DNA of 64,000 bases, from positions 434,001 through 498,000 of the forward strand of contig JBNJNM010000013.1 of the NCBI GenBank assembly GCA_052426225.1, given 5' to 3'. Source of the DNA: Zancudomyces culisetae HAW-14-8 (Eukaryota; Fungi; Kickxellomycota). Numbering within the stretch: the stretch's first letter is position 1; each line of letters opens with the position of its first letter. Shown in pieces: positions 61,301 through 64,000 of this stretch. Made by a program: the position numbers and the translations under genes. The notes beneath the pieces were generated by a model that saw nothing but the letters and a program-made list of their open reading frames with translations, searched no databases and was not told the origin of the DNA.

Positions 61301-62529
61301 ATTTCCTAGGCCAACACCATTCCCAGAAATGTCACACACCTTAAACCGATTGCTATTAAACGCTTGTATCTGTCTACCCAGTTCATCCAATCGCCTTTTT
61401 TTTTCCTTAACCGATAAATCCACAGTCTTTACTTTACTCAACAACGACTGTGCTACTTCTGTCTGTGCTCCTGTCATTATATCCACTACACTATTCCCTG
61501 TTTTCACTGACCAAAACCGACTCTTACCAAAATTACTATTACTACTATTGTTATTGTTTCCAGTACCAAAATTGTCTCGTGAATATTCGTTGGTATTTAC
61601 CAACATCACTCCCAATTTCTTTTCAATTTCCCGAGCTGTTCGACATACCGCCGCATACTTGCGCTCAATAATTGTCGCTGCTTTGGCCAAACTAGCTTCT
61701 TTATGTCCCAAACTCTCGGCTCCCTTTATCATCATCATCAATGTATCTCCTCGCATTCCCATCCACTGCTCACACCCCTGAAGCTTATCTACAATATCTT
61801 TCAACCCTTCAATTCCTACTTTTCCTCGCTCAATCTCTTGTGCTATACTTCCAACCACTCTTCTCCACATATTGACATCTCCCAACGCCAGCTGGCTTAC
61901 TATATTCTCTACCCCCTTTGCCGTTGTAAATATCGGCCCTTCCATCATCTCGCCTGCTCCCTTTTCTTGTATCTTGATAAGTTGCTTCACCACTTGTCCA
62001 TTTTCTCTCACTTGCTTTTTAAATTCCGCAAAATCTTTTACAAACTTTCTCAATGTCTCCACAAATTGTGTCTCTAAAATCTTGCGCGTATTATCTGCCA
62101 ATTCCTTTTCTTCTTTTTCCTTTGTTGTCATTTCTTTTTCTTTTTCTTTGATTTTTTCCTCTTTTTTATCACCACCAAACAACATATCTTTAAGTTTTTG
62201 CCTATCTGCCTCTTTCTTTTCTCTTTCCTTCTCTTTTTCCTTTTCTAATTCTTTCTGTCTCTCTCTTTCCCTTTCTAATTCTTTCTCCCTTTCTTTCTCC
62301 CTTTCAATCATTTCCTTTTGTTTATTTTGTACAAACCCAGTCGTCTTTGGAATCAACAACCCTGATTTCTTTACTTCTTGATCATCTACTTCTTTTTGTT
62401 CCTTTACTCCTTGTGTTCCAAAAATCGAACTTGTCGGTTTACCAAATACCGATCTCTTGACTTCAACCTTTTCGTTTATCTTTCCACTATTTCTTTCAAC
62501 TTTACATGTTTCTATTGATCCCATTTCAA

Positions 62530-62560
<31 letters not shown>

Positions 62561-64000
62561 CTCGCTCTCACTTCCACTTTCACTTTCATTCTCAATAATT
62601 TTCTCTATTGCCTTTATCGACTCTTGTTCTTTTACTATTTTAGGTTCTATCTTTGTTTCTGTTTTAGGTTCTGTTTTAGGTTCTGTTTTAGGTTCTATCG
62701 TTGTTGTTGTTGTTGTTGTTGTTGTTGCTGTTCCAAATGGTTTACTACTACCTTGTCCAAATATAGATTGTCTAGTCCCAAACACTCCCCCACTTCCACT
62801 TCCACTTCCATTTCCAATTCCATTCGCATCAGCTTGCCCAAAAACCGATGTCTTTCCACTCCCTTCTCCTCCCCCTTCTTTTACTTGGCTCCCAAATGTC
62901 GTTGTTCCTCCTACTCCTACTCCTCCTCCTACTCCTCCTCCTCCTCCAAATATTGACATTGCTGATTCTCCAAACACTGCTGGTTTCGAAAATGGATTCG
63001 CCTCTGTACTTCCACTACTTGCCACACTTGTTTTTCCAAATGCTGTTGTTGCCCCAAACGCTGGTGCTGCAGCCTGTCCAAACCCTGTCGGTTTCCCAAA
63101 CGTTGGTGCTTGTCCCGGAGTAGTCGCTTGTCCAAATGTTGGTTTAGAACTTTGCCCAAATGCCGTTGTTGCCCCAAATGCTGGTTTAGATCCTTGTCCA
63201 AACGCTGTTGTTGCCCCAAACGCTGGTGCTGCAGCCTGCCCAAATCCTGTAGGTTTCCCAAACGTTGGTGCTTGTCCCGGAGTAGTCGCTTGTCCAAACG
63301 TTGGTTTCGAGCCTTGTCCAAATGCCGTTGTTGCCCCAAATGCCGGTTGACTTTGGTTTTGACTTTGGGGTTGAGTTGATCCGTGTGTTTGAGTTTGAGT
63401 TTGAGTTTGAGATTTAAGTGATTCGAAAATCGATCCTTTTGCAAAAGCCGGTGCTGCACTACCTCCAAACCCTCCTCCAAATCCACCTCCAATTCCAAAT
63501 GATCCTGTGGATACTCCAGTACTGGGTTGAGTATCAGTCGTTTCCATATCTCCTTGACTTTGAATTTGACTTTGACTTTGACTCTGACTACCTTGTGTTC
63601 CAATTGACAACATACTTGGTTGTGCAACCATTTTAGAATATTGTAACCCCTTTTCAGCCTCATTTGCATTGATAATATGGTATCCAAATATTACTCCGTC
63701 TGTATTTAGAATCCACAAAATCGGCACTGGCTTCACTTTTTCTTCACTCTCCTCTGGTCTTAATGGTGGCAAAAACAGTCCTGATGTCAAATCAATCGCC
63801 ATTCCCAACACCGATGTCTCTGATTCCTCTACAACTTTGCTACGTGGAACAATTGCTCTTTTATCCTCATCCAACGTACACAACTTCCACTGATTACCAC
63901 CTTTAATTCTTCCCACTACCACAACATCCGTTCCTGCTGATTCTGTAATACATAGTAGCCCTTCATGCCCTTCTCCATATCCCAATAAATCCATAATATA
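58301..64000 (-). CDS. NUP159: FG nucleoporin Nup159/Nup214-like, 5'-truncated by the window end
   Basis: End of the beta-propeller (GMAIDLTS...P.PILWILNTDG....Y), a PAFG/SxFG repeat block, coiled coils and LC8-binding VQT motifs. The frame is open to the window edge. Confidence 0.8.
59859..59980. repeat. (CTCTTC)n/(CAT)n microsatellite encoding a poly-Glu/Asp tract
   Basis: Direct reading of the sequence: [39 protein letters not shown]. Confidence 0.9.
62750..63510 (-). repeat. FG-repeat block with near-perfect internal duplication
   Basis: AFGATTAFGQxSKPTFGQATTPGQAPTFGKPTGFGQAAAP occurs twice (DNA period 159 nt), plus extra AFGATTAFG copies. Confidence 0.85.

Noticed and set aside
62636-62700. 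TTTTAGGTTCTG repeats resembling telomeric or CRISPR-like repeats
   Set aside because: Coding 12-nt repeat (EPKT)n within NUP159; no spacers and not at a chromosome end.

Overview
AT-rich, gene-dense eukaryotic nuclear DNA with spliceosomal GT-AG introns and the standard genetic code. It comes from a fungus outside the Dikarya: it carries a methionine synthase reductase, TilS, DSC3, BSD2, Hsp104 and IES6. An insect-gut Harpellales/Kickxellomycotina-type genome is plausible, but that is inference only. I find 19 protein-coding genes. Seven are multi-exon models that the ORF track fragments or misses (DSC3, MRP7, TilS, EngB-type GTPase, IES6, NDUFAF5, UFE1). There is also a U2 snRNA gene at about 9817-10012 that the ORF track does not show. 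The most intriguing element is an orphan secreted protein (26879-27859). It is built like a polypeptide precursor: signal peptide, then seven short hydrophobic cores (five of type K-[DE]A-[GN]VPN[QR]L-x(2,3)-L-(S)G-[KN]) separated by Gly/Asp/Glu spacers. Other points of interest: a U2 snRNA with covarying changes in its normally invariant 5' core, a diverged pair of giant multi-thioredoxin membrane proteins, a Nup159/214 with a rearranged C-terminus, cobalamin- and lysidine-pathway genes, and a strong rise in microsatellite density after about 50 kb. No mobile element, tRNA, rRNA or CRISPR array could be supported.
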